Source: Salisapilia sapeloensis CBS 127946 (Eukaryota; Protista; Oomycota). From it: 58,165 nt of DNA. Shown piece after piece: positions 1-12,178 of this stretch (position 1 is its first letter; each line of letters starts with the position of its first letter). Made by a program: the position numbers and the translations under genes. Below the pieces are notes generated by a model. That model did no database searches and had not been told where the DNA came from. It saw only the letters and a list, made by a program, of their open reading frames with translations. The stretch spans positions 1-58,165 of the forward strand of contig JAADVB010000108.1 of assembly GCA_023334545.1 (NCBI GenBank), written 5' to 3'.

Positions 1-1131
1 GAACGCGCTGTTGACGTAAAGCACAAGAGGAGGTGTCATCCAGACGATAGTCGGTGGGTAGTGAACGCAAAGCAGAAATAAACCGAAAGTAGCAAGAAAC
101 CTGCGTAATAAAGTCATAGCTGGAGACTCGTGCTGTCTCGTATTCTTCGCTCCAAGAAGACAACAACGTCGATAAAGTTAGTACCGAGTGCAATACATGG
201 TGGATGCAAGGAAGAGCATGACACAAAGTGCTAGTGCACAGGAAGCTATGATGGTTGGAGTGGCGTCCTCGACAGACTGCTTGCGGGGCATGAGCTAAAG
301 CCCGACATGAATTTACTCACTGGTTCTTGATCAAGCTGTATGACTAGAAGATTACATAGGGCATGTAAGGTTGCAAGGAGGAAGACGAGCATGGCAATCC
401 TGTTGTGGTACTGGGAGCAACTGGAATGACTGGTAGATTGATGAAAACTCTTTCCAGAAACTGCATTGGCATGCACATAGAGGCATCCAAACCATCAAAA
501 GGATGCATGCGTGAACTGATGCCTTGCAGAGTTTCGGATTGAGAACATTGCTGATGGTGCTGACACTGTTAGAACTTTAATTTTCCAAACTTGAATACAG
601 ATAAAACATTGCTAACTAGGAAGGGATCATCACGACAACGCTAGCGACACTTACGAAGTAATTAGCGCTCCACAGAAACCTTTTCAACATATTTTCCCAT
701 TAAGGCACTCTGACCTAAAGTTTTCAATATAGCTTCGTCCAAATCGTGTCTAGTTTTCACAAAATGTAAAACAGCAGTATTTCGAAGAAAGATGCACCAT
801 ACAATTGAAGCTAGCAAAGTTCTTAAAACTCCTAGGATAGGATATACCCCGTCACAAAATCTCCTTACATCCAGTTGATCAATCAGCGACTTCAAAAACG
901 AGTTTGAACAGAGTCGGAGGCGCCAAACGAGCCGACAAACTACTATTTTGATACGAGAGCTAAAGAAGCTGTCAAATTTGACGCGGTGGTTTCAACAATT
1001 GTGCTAGACGTAAAATTATATCTTTGTTTTTATTAAAGTTTTTTAAAATGCAAATATAAATATACAGACACGTTAAGTACACAAGTATGGGTCTTGGTAT
1101 TTATGGGAAACGGACACTTGCTACAACTTTT

Positions 1132-2859
1132 CTACGCAGCGATTTCATCTGAGCAACCGGCACCACCAGCAATCCGTAAGCACGCGGTTTCTGGGAAAAT
1201 CGACAACAAGTTGGTCGTGATGGACCAGATGAAAAGGAAGACTGTGATGATGGCAATGGCAATGCCGATCCACTTGTTCGTCGAACCATTCCGCTTGAGC
1301 GTCTGTGCCTCTGCCTTCTGTCGTGGCAGCAAAAAGACAAATACGAGCGAGAAGAGCTGGAACGCATAGGCGATAATGTAGACGTACGTCACTTGGTAGC
1401 GGACGGTCGTATCGTCGCGCTGAAGATCAGTGGTGGCAATGTCAAAGTTCTGGTCAATGGCCTTGGTGATAACTGTTGCGAACGGGGATGCAAGGGATGA
1501 GACGGACTCGATAAGTCCATACACCATTGCCTCGTTTCCAATGTCAATGATTTCGACCATGCAATACGTCGTCACGATGAAGCCAACATTGTTCGGGACA
1601 TTTTCAAGAAGCGGAAGGCCGAGCCAGAACCACTGGCTTCGGAAGACATCCCAAGTCGTAAGCATGACTGGAATGACGTCTATAAAGACAACCATGATTT
1701 GCATGACGATGATCACTTTACGCCAGCTCCACTGAAGACCCCATCGCTGGATGATGTAGAGACTGACACCAGCGATGATGTCACCGATGATAGTCGCAGT
1801 GCTGCTGTTGACAGGTTCCACCCCAGCCCATACACTCTGGATAGGATTGCTAGCCGTGACACTGATGTATCCAAAGAGATTGTTGAAGAAGCGGAAGAGC
1901 ATGATCTGGTAGACCACTTGCTGTTGCAACAGTTCGTACACTTTAGCAAACTCCTTTCGAATCGATCGCGTCAGGTGCTTGTCTTCCGTCACAAAGAACC
2001 ACGATGCAATAGCAGTCAGGATGGAGACGGCAGCACAGATGCCAAATACGCATCCAGTGCCAACGTCAGCATCAAAGCTGCCATGATAGTCGGACGAGTT
2101 CAGACCGAAACCAACGAGACACGAGGCAGCAATATCGAAGATATTCTTAATGACGTAAATCATCGTCTGAAGTTTACCTCGAATAGCTTCTGGCTCACGC
2201 TGAGATAACTCCACCATCATACCATTCGTGGAGGCGAACGCAAGAGCCATACCAACATTGGCAATCAAAATCAAGACAATGTACGCAGTACCTCGATCTG
2301 GAGCGTCTTCGTTGATCGATTCCACTTGGGCCTGCGTGAGACTTTCAACAGGTAGGCGAGACCATTTCGGGTCCGGGTAGTATGGTTCTCCAAGTGGAAG
2401 TACTGCCATCACCAGCATACAGATACCGCAGACGGCCCAACCGAAGATCATATACGGTCGTCGACGGTACCCAAAGATCGGGAAGCAATCCGACATCATA
2501 CCAAACACGAGCTTGAGTGTCCATGGGATGTTAATCAGCACATTTGTAGACGCTTGGGCGACACCGGACATATGAAGATAGTTGTTCAGAAGTGGGTAGA
2601 CGATGTCATAGATGACACCGATGACGATACCGACGGCAGCATACTGGATGAGCACACCTCCGTGTTCTCGCCCATATATATTCGGCTCCCCACCAGGACG
2701 CAAGGCACCACTTTCTAGCACCTGAGTCTGGTCATTATGATCCGGAGTCTTCGCTGCAGTGTACCCGGTCGGGTCATCTGACTTAGTGAAACGACCGGCG
2801 GACGTCGTTGAAAGACGATCGATGACATCCCTATGAGCCTTATCGCTGGCGAGTGTCAT
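1132..2859 (-). CDS. Folate/biopterin transporter (BT1 family, MFS-like multi-pass membrane protein), single exon
   Basis: 575-aa ATG-initiated ORF with about 12 hydrophobic helices. BT1-type motifs PWTLKLVFGMMSDCFPIFGYRRRPYMIFGW and VELSQREPEAIRGKLQT. Confidence 0.9.
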   Translation of the reverse strand: MTLASDKAHRDVIDRLSTTSAGRFTKSDDPTGYTAAKTPDHNDQTQVLESGALRPGGEPNIYGREHGGVLIQYAAVGIVIGVIYDIVYPLLNNYLHMSGVAQASTNVLINIPWTLKLVFGMMSDCFPIFGYRRRPYMIFGWAVCGICMLVMAVLPLGEPYYPDPKWSRLPVESLTQAQVESINEDAPDRGTAYIVLILIANVGMALAFASTNGMMVELSQREPEAIRGKLQTMIYVIKNIFDIAASCLVGFGLNSSDYHGSFDADVGTGCVFGICAAVSILTAIASWFFVTEDKHLTRSIRKEFAKVYELLQQQVVYQIMLFRFFNNLFGYISVTASNPIQSVWAGVEPVNSSTATIIGDIIAGVSLYIIQRWGLQWSWRKVIIVMQIMVVFIDVIPVMLTTWDVFRSQWFWLGLPLLENVPNNVGFIVTTYCMVEIIDIGNEAMVYGLIESVSSLASPFATVITKAIDQNFDIATTDLQRDDTTVRYQVTYVYIIAYAFQLFSLVFVFLLPRQKAEAQTLKRNGSTNKWIGIAIAIITVFLFIWSITTNLLSIFPETACLRIAGGAGCSDEIAA

Positions 2860-3572
2860 GGCTTTTGGTCGAGCGATGGGAATTTGGAAATGCCGAGTCG
2901 GTTGTCTTCCCGATGCAAAGGATTGGCCGACATCCAGCGATCACAATTCATAAACTTAGAGTCTGTAAGATGGACGAGGCATGAATATCAGCAATATAGA
3001 AGATGCAGACGCGTGCCACTCGCGTGCCGCGAGTCCAATCACCGTTTAGGATCGGATTGTTATACATCGCACATTCAGAGCTGTAACCAGCTCTCACCAG
3101 CTGCAACTACCTGTCGGCCACAAGTTCTTCACACAGAACTAACGCAACTGACTAAAAGATGCGTAGAAACGCTTCTTCTTGCGGAGAGACAACTTCATTC
3201 CATCCTAGCAAAACTGAAGAGAACTCGAAAAGCGAGGCACAGTTGCGTCGAGTTACTTACAATAACTATCTTCCGCCCTAGTGCGTACTAGTCGCGTGCC
3301 TGCCGATCGGTTGATCCGGTCTCTAGGTAGCACTGGAAGCCAAAGGTTTGTGTCACGCACGAAATTACGTCTTCCCACATGAAGTGGCTACATCAGTCAG
3401 TTTAGTCGAATAACGCAATACACCTCACGTCAGACCGAGTGCGTCATGGATCCGCTATCAAGAGCTTCAAGATACAACAGATCCATCTCACGTAGAGCTA
3501 GCAATTGTCCTAGATGACTAAAGTTTTCATGTTCGATGATTTAGTCATCAAAAGTCTGACCGATGGTACGAG

Positions 3573-5340
3573 CTATATTCCTGATCGCTTGAATGGTCCA
3601 CCTCCAACCCCAGCATCCACACTCGCTTCCTCCTGCTTTGTCGCTAACGACGTCTCTGCATTTGCACCCGACTGACCAGTCATTTCATTCGAACTTTCGA
3701 ATCGACCGCGATAAGCCCACAGCCCAAGTGCTGGGTTGGAAATGTAAAAGAACTTGCTTCCGTCACTCGCAGTATTCCATCCGTCTTTCAGTTCCTTGAT
3801 GTTATACTTCTTTTGCATTTCACTCAGATCAGCATACTGATACCCAACGCCTTCCACTTCCTTTCTCGTCAAGTGTCCTGGGCAGTAGGTAACATGGAAG
3901 CGGCCTTCAGACGATCCGTGGATCAAATGTGCAACGGCACTCAAGTTCCGCATCAACTCCCGATTGGCCTCGAGTTTCGCCAGCACCTCCTACTTAATCT
4001 TATCAGCTACTATACGTGGATGCGTTTTACATCAATACTACAGGTGTCGTGCGATAGCCATATTTCCGAATGAGTTCATCGATTCGGTCGTCTTCGCCAA
4101 ACTTGTGAACGCCTGGAGCTAAGACGATCAAGTCCCCTCCATCTGCAATCGCCATGCGAGTACGATAGATGCTCTTGTTACCAAGCCACGTGCTCTTAAA
4201 CTCATCCGGATCCAAGTACACGACAACTTTATCCAAAGGCGCGTCCAACAGTTCAAAGTTCACTTCTAACGACAGCTCTGCAGCCTTTAAAAAGCACTCT
4301 TCATCGTCTCCAACGAATACTCCTTTCGTCGCTAACTCCCCGTCAGGTCTGTCGATTATGTGATCAGTATCGGAATGCTGTAGGATGTACTAGACGGCGT
4401 ACCCTCTACCGATGACAGTCTGGATGTAAACTATCGGCAAGTTGGACAGAAAATGGGTAGACGCGTAGTTCAGGATGCGACGGAGAGGGTTGTTCGCTCG
4501 TCCCATCATCCGTTCCATGCCATAGACGGCTCCAATAAAATGCGAAAAGTTAATCGCTTCACTGCCACCAGCGCCGACAAAGAGGTTCTTATTAAAATTC
4601 GCCATCCCCATGACTTCGTGTGGGACTACTTGGCCTACTGACAGGATCAAGTCATGGCCTCCCTCCCATAGCTACATAAGGAAGAGGTGAGGTTACGATA
4701 CAGAATGGTAATAATGCTATATATACGAGTTTATTCAGTTGCGCCGGCCATGGTTCGTTCACCTTACCATCACTAGCTTCACGGACAAGTTCGGAGGGTA
4801 CTTGACCAATGGTAACGACTTCATTCCTGTGTAGTGAGAACGAGGTCAATTTATTAGTTTGAGTTTATTTCCTTTGATGCAATGATATAGTTTTAATTTG
4901 TAGCGGATACCTCCAATCGTGGACTCGGAAGAGGTCTTTTGGAATCGTTCCGTACATCTACGATCGAGTATCCAAAAGTTAAAAAGTAATTAGAAACAAA
5001 AAAGTAATATATCAATACTTTATCCAACTCCTCGTTTGTCATAGGAGCATGGGTACCTAACGCAGGTAAGACATCCTTGACAGCATCACCAAGGTATTCG
5101 TACGAAAACTGAGAGATTTCCCCAGATTTCCTATCTCGAGGTGTTTAATAGATGATTTTGTATGTAAATAATGTACAAGTACGAATGATATCTGGTGAAA
5201 TCGGGGGGAACGATCGCAGCCTTCGTATACTTGCTTCCCTTCTTCTCCTCCAACTGCTTGAATGCATCCTGAACAATCTCTCTCAACCGTTCGTCGGTAA
5301 TGACGGCATCCTTGCCTCCTTCTGCTGCGATAAGCACCAT
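3573..5340 (-). CDS. LarA-superfamily (DUF2088, lactate racemase-like) nickel-pincer-dependent racemase/epimerase, 7 exons
   Basis: Manual splicing of GT-AG introns joins the ORF fragments: MVLIAAEGG...IVPPDFTRYHS|KSGEISQ...LPALGTHAPMT|MYGTIPKDLFRVHDWR|NEVVTIG...|...GQVVPHEVMGMANFNKNLFVGAGGSEAINFSH...|...KSTWLGNKSIYRTRMAIADGGDLIVLAPGV...|...AHLIHGSSEGRF. PDxTR, ALGTH, HD and PH-x9-K-x15-H are LarA hallmarks. Confidence 0.85.
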
Positions 5341-6546
5341 CTTACTACCAAACGGAACGAATTGACACGAATGAGGACGCAACTTGAACTACGAATGACG
5401 TGGCAGAAACATTATGTTCACTACATAATCTACACTTTAGGCACTCATGTAAATGTAACGTTGCTATCCTTGACGAGCATCCAGACGAGTGTTAGGGTAT
5501 CTGCACAGATGACAGCTTGCCTAAAACTATGATGAGGCAGTACACACGACGAAAAATATATTTGTTAGCTTTGCTTGTAACAACATTTTGCACTATAGAC
5601 CCAAATGGAGGTTGAGAATTGAATGTTTATTTTGTTGATCGAGTATCTACGTCTTTCGTGATGAAAAAACAAGCTCTATCGTAGACTAAGACCGTCACGC
5701 ACAAAAGATTTTAAAGCTGATGTTAAGTATGTCGTTCTCTCAGATATACACAAGCACCGACTTCGATCATGAGACATTGCAGCATTACCGATACTAAGCT
5801 GCATAGAAACCTAGGACTTTATTGAGTTTTTTAGCATTGATGACCTTTAAAACCATGAGAGAAACCGCTTATATTGTATATTAGGTAGAAAATAAAGTAA
5901 AAGCACAGCTGTGACAATATGCAGTCAATAGATCTCTAGGTTACCGTATCGTTTCTATCGAATAACTAGATGTATCGGTTGTGTAGGGTATCTAAAACTC
6001 TAGAGAAGATAGTAAACTATTTGACTACGTAGTTTAATGTGTTGTGTACGCTAGACAGGAGTATATAAGTGGACCTTCACTCCAAGCACTCACTGGAACG
6101 TCATGGTAATAATTTATGAACATCAGTTGTCGTCACTTCCTGTTCTATCCATGTATGAGTTAAAATAAACTCATAAGGTGCACTAGCTGATAGGAGTAAT
6201 ACAGATAAATAAAATCACTCTCATACTGTCCATACAAACTACTCTACACAGATACTTTTGCATCGCTTGGTAGGATACTATGTTGAAGTATATAGTTTGA
6301 TTGGAAACTCGGACAATGGCGTAGGTATTGACTCTTCCCGTCGTCAGTGTTTGGAAATAGTAGGATAGCCGTGTTTCTTACAGATTAAGCTTGCGTGCCG
6401 AGACAAATTGTATGGTTTTATCCATAAACTCACTTGCGAAAGAAGTAAAAGTTCGTGCCACTATTAAGAATGAGCTGATATAGATTAATAGGCGTAGGTG
6501 AGATTGACAATGACTGCAAGACAGCTAGGAAGGATCTAAGATATAT

Positions 6547-7959
6547 TTATGCTTTTTCATCACTTGGAAATGGCTCCGAAAGGTTATTATCCGCGGTATT
6601 GTTGATGTTATGATGATCCCCTTGCATGCGCTTCTTTCGTCGGCATCGATAGACGATGAAGCCAACAATGGCGATGATGACAACACAGATTGGGACAACA
6701 ATCGCAGCGATAGTTCCACTCGACATACTTCCGCCTAGTACGCATACTTCGTACGATGTTCCCTCAATATCCTCGACGTGACCATCAACACAATGGAAAG
6801 TAGTGGCTAGCCACTATTCGCTGATCGTTATATCCGCTTTGTTCAATATTTCGAAGAGCTCAGGTGTCACGCTTCAGTTAAAACCGCCATTCCCGGTGAT
6901 ATTTCTATAGCATCCATTCAACGCGCTTGTTACTTTATATTTCTACAAGTCCATAATGGAACTGTACAGTGTCTCGAGGTTCTTTGCCGTGACAAGAGCT
7001 TGTGATAAATCCTACATCACGCGTATTAAGTTACTGTGGCACCTTATTTACACGCTCTATCGCATTTAAAACCAAGCGTACGTCAGTGTATATGTTGCGA
7101 GCGCTTTCCAGATTTAAAGCCGGCGGGATTTCAAGGAACATGTTAAAACTCATGTCGCTGTTTTGTATGAAATAATTAGTTCTCTAAAGTACTTGGTGGT
7201 AAAGTAGTATAAAGCAGACTTAAATGGTACTAACATTACGCAAATAGTCCCCTCCCGGAAAATAGATTGCCCTGCTGTATGTCAGCGTAAAGCTTTGAAT
7301 GTCCTTATCTGCTAGAACTTGCTTCCAGTTGGGTATGGACTCATATTCAGCCATATTGCCAGTGAAAAACATGAGACTATCGAAGGAGATGGTCTTGAGA
7401 TTCTTGCCCGATGCGATAGTTTCATTCGTAATCGTTGTGCTCACTTGAGAGATGTATTCGTCTGTCTGGTGGAAAGCCACCTTACTACAGCATATATCAT
7501 TAGTACCACCTCTAGGAGAGTATAGAAATCGAGATATACATACAGCGTATTGATGTGATCCGGAACCCGAACATCTACACCCTTGGCAAAATTTTGAGGG
7601 ACCCATGGTGTAGTCGGGACGTCCGAATCGGTAAATTTTTCTCCTAGAATAGCCAATTAGAAGGTGGAGCTATTGTAATCGAAGAGGTGGAAACACTGGT
7701 ATACACAACCAGTATTGTATGGAGAGCGGCACTTTTCGGACGCGTCGGACGTATTTTTATGCCAATCCTTATCGGTGTTATCTCTACATCCAAACGGAAG
7801 AGAGGCTTTATCTTCATCCTGAACGGCGCATACATCATAGCCGTCACATTGACCGTTGTATTTGTGGGTAAGCATACTGGTTTTAACATCACAGCCAGTG
7901 GCAACAACGACAAATAGGCAGATAGTGGCCAAATTGGTCAATCTTCCGCTCGAGGACAT
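6547..7959 (-). pseudogene. Degraded single-pass receptor-like gene resembling an oomycete LRR-receptor (TKL kinase) ectodomain plus TM helix; no kinase domain seen
   Basis: Signal-like N-terminus (MSSSGRLTNLATICLFVVVATGC) and a Cys-rich segment, then an in-frame TAA at 7657-7659 and a frame change near 7520. The 3' part reads NITGNGGFN*SVTPELFEILNKADITISE*W...YEVCVLGG-SMSSGTIAAIVVPICVVIIAIVGFIVY-RCRRKKR...EKA*, with in-frame stops at 6874-6876 and 6814-6816. Confidence 0.55.
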
Positions 7960-9418
7960 GATGCTTATGTAGTAGTCGGCAAAATTACAAGTGATTGGAA
8001 GTTGACATGTTCATGAGCATGATCTGTGATATTGATTGAAAGCCTTGAAAGATGACAATCTCACTGTGCAGATATGTGCATGTTAAATTCTATCCAGAAA
8101 TCTTTAGCAGAGAGCAGAGACACCTATAACGTCCAAATTATTGCTGTGCATGAAGTTGTTCTGAGACCTGAACGTCTTCCGGTTTTTTACTTTAACTATC
8201 GGTTACTGACACCATGCATGTAAATTTGTCCTGTTGTCTATCTATAACATAGGTTTCCGTCCTTCCTATCATTTGCAACGCTTTTAAAATACTTGGTACG
8301 TGGCTAGTGCATGCATTAGAGTACTCACCAAAGCTAGGACAATAATGTGCTTCGAATCCATTTGGACTCTTGATAAGCGCTTGCAAAACACAACGTCTCT
8401 GGTCTTAATATTTCCTACATCTATATCTTAGGACGATGAATTAGGACTACGGGTTGCAATGATACCAATCATGCTTAGCTTGCGATCACTTTACACTAGA
8501 GAATGCACAAATGATGCACTGGTCTATTGTACTGACTCAGAAAGCTTGACACATTATGTGATGGCCTTGACATCTATGTGGCAGAAGACATCAATCGTGA
8601 AAGTTTCGGTCATCGAGAGCGACTTGCTCAAACATCATCGAAGGTCTCGTTCCCACAAGCATCAAGGAACCGTTCTTGCCATAAGTGCACTAGAATCTGA
8701 CAAAACACCTCTGAGCGTAGTACTTGCTATTCATCAACATAACTTTTGTGTCGTGCATCAGCGTTTTCACAGAGAGCACGAAAATTTTTCCCTTTACTTG
8801 TGTCTTTCAAGAGTTCTAGACGGCTTTTTCATTCCGAATTCGAGTCGATCATTAAGTCGGATTGAACAGCCAACAGTCAATAGACAAAGGTTGAAGAAAC
8901 TTCATCAAGTCTGTCCATGACGTCCGTGTCAAGAAAAAGTCGATGAGCATTTGTGGATTACCACATCTATTCATCGAGTAACTCCATGTACCGTACAAGT
9001 AGAATACCTCTACACTGCACATAATTCACTAAAGAAATCAATGTGGAAGATAGTGAACAATGATGGACGAGCATTGGCAGCTAGACCATAGCAGTTATAC
9101 AAGTGTCCATTGATCATTCACTACGAACTGATCCAATAAAGAACTCTGCATTTCTACAAAGCACCAAACCATCACAAACACCACTTTCAAAGCAACCAAT
9201 ACTTCCATTCCTATATTTTTCAAGTATAATCTAAAAGTAACTCGTATACTATACTAGCCGGAAGCTCAAATGAAATAAAAACTCATCGATTTCTATCTTT
9301 AACCTAAATTTGTTCTACAAGACATACATCAATCAAGTCTAATACCTACATACAAACGCCAAGTGTGACACCTAAACAAACAACAAAAACAAACGCGAAA
9401 ATGGGGAGCGGAGGTCGC

Positions 9419-10262
9419 ATGATCCCGCAGCTTTTCACAGCCATGCTGCTTCTCGTTGCCACTACCAAGTACATTTTCACACTCTAGCATCACTCTACTA
9501 TCTATATTTACCACTTTTATACTCGCGATTATCGTATTCGCTTCCAAACAAACAGTGCTGTGGACATTGTTGGCCACGTCTCAATCCCAAACGGACCCTC
9601 GAAAGTAGCTCCGATTAAGATCCTACTCAACGGAGGCGAGCAAGTGACCTATGTACGCTCGGACGGATCCTTTGCACTACGCAATGTGGTCCCTGGACGC
9701 TACGCACTTGACATTCCAGACACCGCGTACTTGTTCCCCCAGGTAGGCATCGAAGTAAAGTACATCTATAGATTTACTCATGTGCCTATCAATCACAGTA
9801 TAAGCTGGATGTCGCTGAAGACGAAACTATTCGAGCTCTGCACTACAAATACCCAGGTAACCACACTCGACTTCTTGCATACAAAACCACAGTCTAACGA
9901 GTAGCACAGGAGCTGGCAAGCAATCATCTGACTATCCTCTACGTATCGAACCGGTTGGTACGATCAACTACTTTGAGAAGAGAGAAAAGATGAGCATCCT
10001 CAGCCTCATCATGAACCCTTCCTTCCTCACCATCATCGTTCCCATCGGCCTCATGTACATCCTCCCGAAATTATCTGAGGGACTTATGGGTAAATCATAT
10101 CACACTATGCCAAATGATACCAAGCATAACACTCTCAATATAGATCCGGAAGAAATGAAGAAAGCACAGGAAGAGATGGGTGGGGCACAAGACCCATCGG
10201 CGATGCTCTCAAATATGTTTGGAGGTGGCGGTGGTCAGAATGACGACAGTGACGACGATTGA
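9419..10262 (+). CDS. EMC7: ER membrane protein complex subunit 7, spliced
   Basis: Signal peptide exon MIPQLFTAMLLLVATT. Then VRSDGSFALRNVVPGRYALDI, PLRIEP...YFEKREKMSILSLIMNP, a TM helix and DPEEMKKAQEEM, the EMC7 layout. GT-AG introns join the ORF pieces. Confidence 0.85.
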
Positions 10263-10328
10263 AGAAATAGAACGCTTGCTTTCGATCTAAGAAGTTGTAT
10301 TTCTTTCGATCTAAGAAAATAGACTTTC

Positions 10329-10670
10329 TTAGATGTAGAATGTGACCTTGGCGTTGTTCCACTTGATGCCATCGATGTTCGCCGTCGTGACCTGGTGTTC
10401 GTCCATTGACATGCCGCTCTCCACTTTTTCAACGCTAGTGGCGAGTGCACCCCAGTCATTTAATGGCTTGCCGTTCGTGAGCCTCTCGATGAGAGATTGG
10501 ATCTGAGCTTGCTCGCCATGCATCGTTAGCTTCACGAGCGAATTATCCGAAGGATCGTTCGTGGCGCCACCTTGGATTTCGTATTTCTTCATTGCATTGA
10601 TCACCGTGTTGCGGAACATGACGCCCTGCACTTTGCCACGGGCCTCATAGAAATGCTGTACGACGCTCAT
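10329..10670 (-). CDS. Acylphosphatase-like protein, single exon
   Basis: 113 aa with GKVQGVMFR (phosphate loop and catalytic Arg) and GGATND (catalytic Asn position). Confidence 0.85.
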   Translation of the reverse strand: MSVVQHFYEARGKVQGVMFRNTVINAMKKYEIQGGATNDPSDNSLVKLTMHGEQAQIQSLIERLTNGKPLNDWGALATSVEKVESGMSMDEHQVTTANIDGIKWNNAKVTFYI

Positions 10671-11122
10671 ATTCGATGCCGAATGTTCACTTTGCGCTTC
10701 AATCTACAGTTTGATTTGTCTCATTTAACTTTTGATCCTTTGCATTCTAGCCAGAAGAGATAGGTACGATCTATCCAAGCGTTTAAATCAGCCTACTATC
10801 TGTATGTCTAGATGCAACAACTACTCCAAACAAGCATATCACAACATCGGCATAGATGTAGAGCATATACATGCATGTGGGATAGGAGTAGTAAGGATAT
10901 CCATAGTCAATACACCATCAAGTCGAATCCAATGATTGCATTTATGATCATTTTCTATACCTTGTATGGCTATATTTGCAATAAACGGACAACAAAAACG
11001 CATCGAAACGCAATTAACCAGTTCGAACGGTGACGAGCACTTCTCTTGCATCGTATTATCTCCCGATCGCCTTTGTGGCGGCATTGCTGCCCCTATCAAT
11101 ACTTTATCCATCGAAACCTACT

Positions 11123-12019
11123 ATGACCAACCCACAGAAGCTCCGAGTGCTCTGTTTGCATGGCATGTATCAGAATGCCGAGAGCTTTCGTGCCAAAACC
11201 AAGCACTTGCACGGCATTCACGAGCAAATTGAATACGTCTATGCCAACGGACCATTCCAAGTCATCCCGAAGATCTTACAACGACAGCAATCACGTTCAT
11301 CGAAGCTTAAAAAGTCTCCTAAAGTGGATGAAAATCAATTTCGAGGCTGGTGGCCACCAGAATCACCTACAGCAGATGACCGCAGCATACTTGTGAACAA
11401 CCTCACAGAGATACTGGAAGACGTTGGTCCCATCGATGGACTCCTAGGCTTCAGCCAAGGCGCAAGTCTCGCCGCTTGGCTCAGCACCCAACAGGTACCT
11501 CGATTGTACCCATTGCAGCGACGATTTTAGCACTCGTTCCTCGCTTCAATCATTTGATTTAAGCTAACTATGTTGATGTATTGTAGGCGATGGAAGAGCT
11601 CAAGTGGAAACCATCTTTTGTCGTGCTTTTCGGTGCGTATTGTGCTGCGCCTGAGATTCAACCAGGTCTAAGTGCTGGCGTGCAGCATGACATTCCGTCG
11701 CTCCATGTCTTTGGCTCGAATGACTATGTCATTTCCGCTGCCAAGAGTCGGCAAGTCGTCTCTATTTTCCACTCATCACAGGTAAAGCCACGCTTTTACC
11801 ATCGTAAAAGTCTCTTCAAGAGCATTGATTTGACTTGCTTTTTGTATACAGAAGGAGAATGACTTGACCAATACTTGTATCCATGACCAAGGACATGTCG
11901 TCCCCAAGGCGCCACACGTGATGGAAGCGCTCGACCTCTTTTATTCGATGCAGCTCATAAGCTCCATCCATTCGAAAGCGACTCCCGATGATGACGATCA
12001 GAACCAGCTCTTCCAGTAA
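11123..12019 (+). CDS. FSH1/OVCA2-family serine hydrolase, 3 exons
   Basis: LRVLCLHGMYQN, nucleophile elbow GFSQGA, SLHVFGSNDYVI (Asp) and last exon HDQGHVVP (His). ATG at 11123; the track start at 11030 is GTG. Confidence 0.85.
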
Positions 12020-12178
12020 AGGTAGCTAGTCTCCATCTACTTTGTCGGCAATCGACTGCCTAATTTGCGTAAAAAAATTTCATCCAATCGTATGTCTTTT
12101 GTCGTCATTTCTGCCAATCACCTATCTTGGAATGAAAGGCCATACTAACAACCGAGAACAACTAATTCGAGGGCAGAC

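Noticed and set aside
1-900. Short hydrophobic ORFs on the minus strand (246-476, 662-895) suggesting a decayed membrane protein
   Set aside because: Multiple stops and frames and no recognisable family motif; cannot be supported without a search.
2833-3291. 152-aa plus-strand ORF
   Set aside because: It overlaps the BT1 start and promoter region in antisense, has atypical composition and no motif; likely spurious.
1132-5340. Functional coupling of the BT1 transporter with the LarA-like gene as a substrate-import pair
   Set aside because: Adjacent and co-oriented, but BT1 proteins are a large oomycete family with pterin/folate-type substrates; nothing in the sequence links them.
8050-9000. 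153-aa plus-strand ORF (8459-8920) and a stop-riddled antisense frame, possibly a transposon relic
   Set aside because: No transposase, RT or integrase motifs and no terminal repeats or target-site duplications identified.
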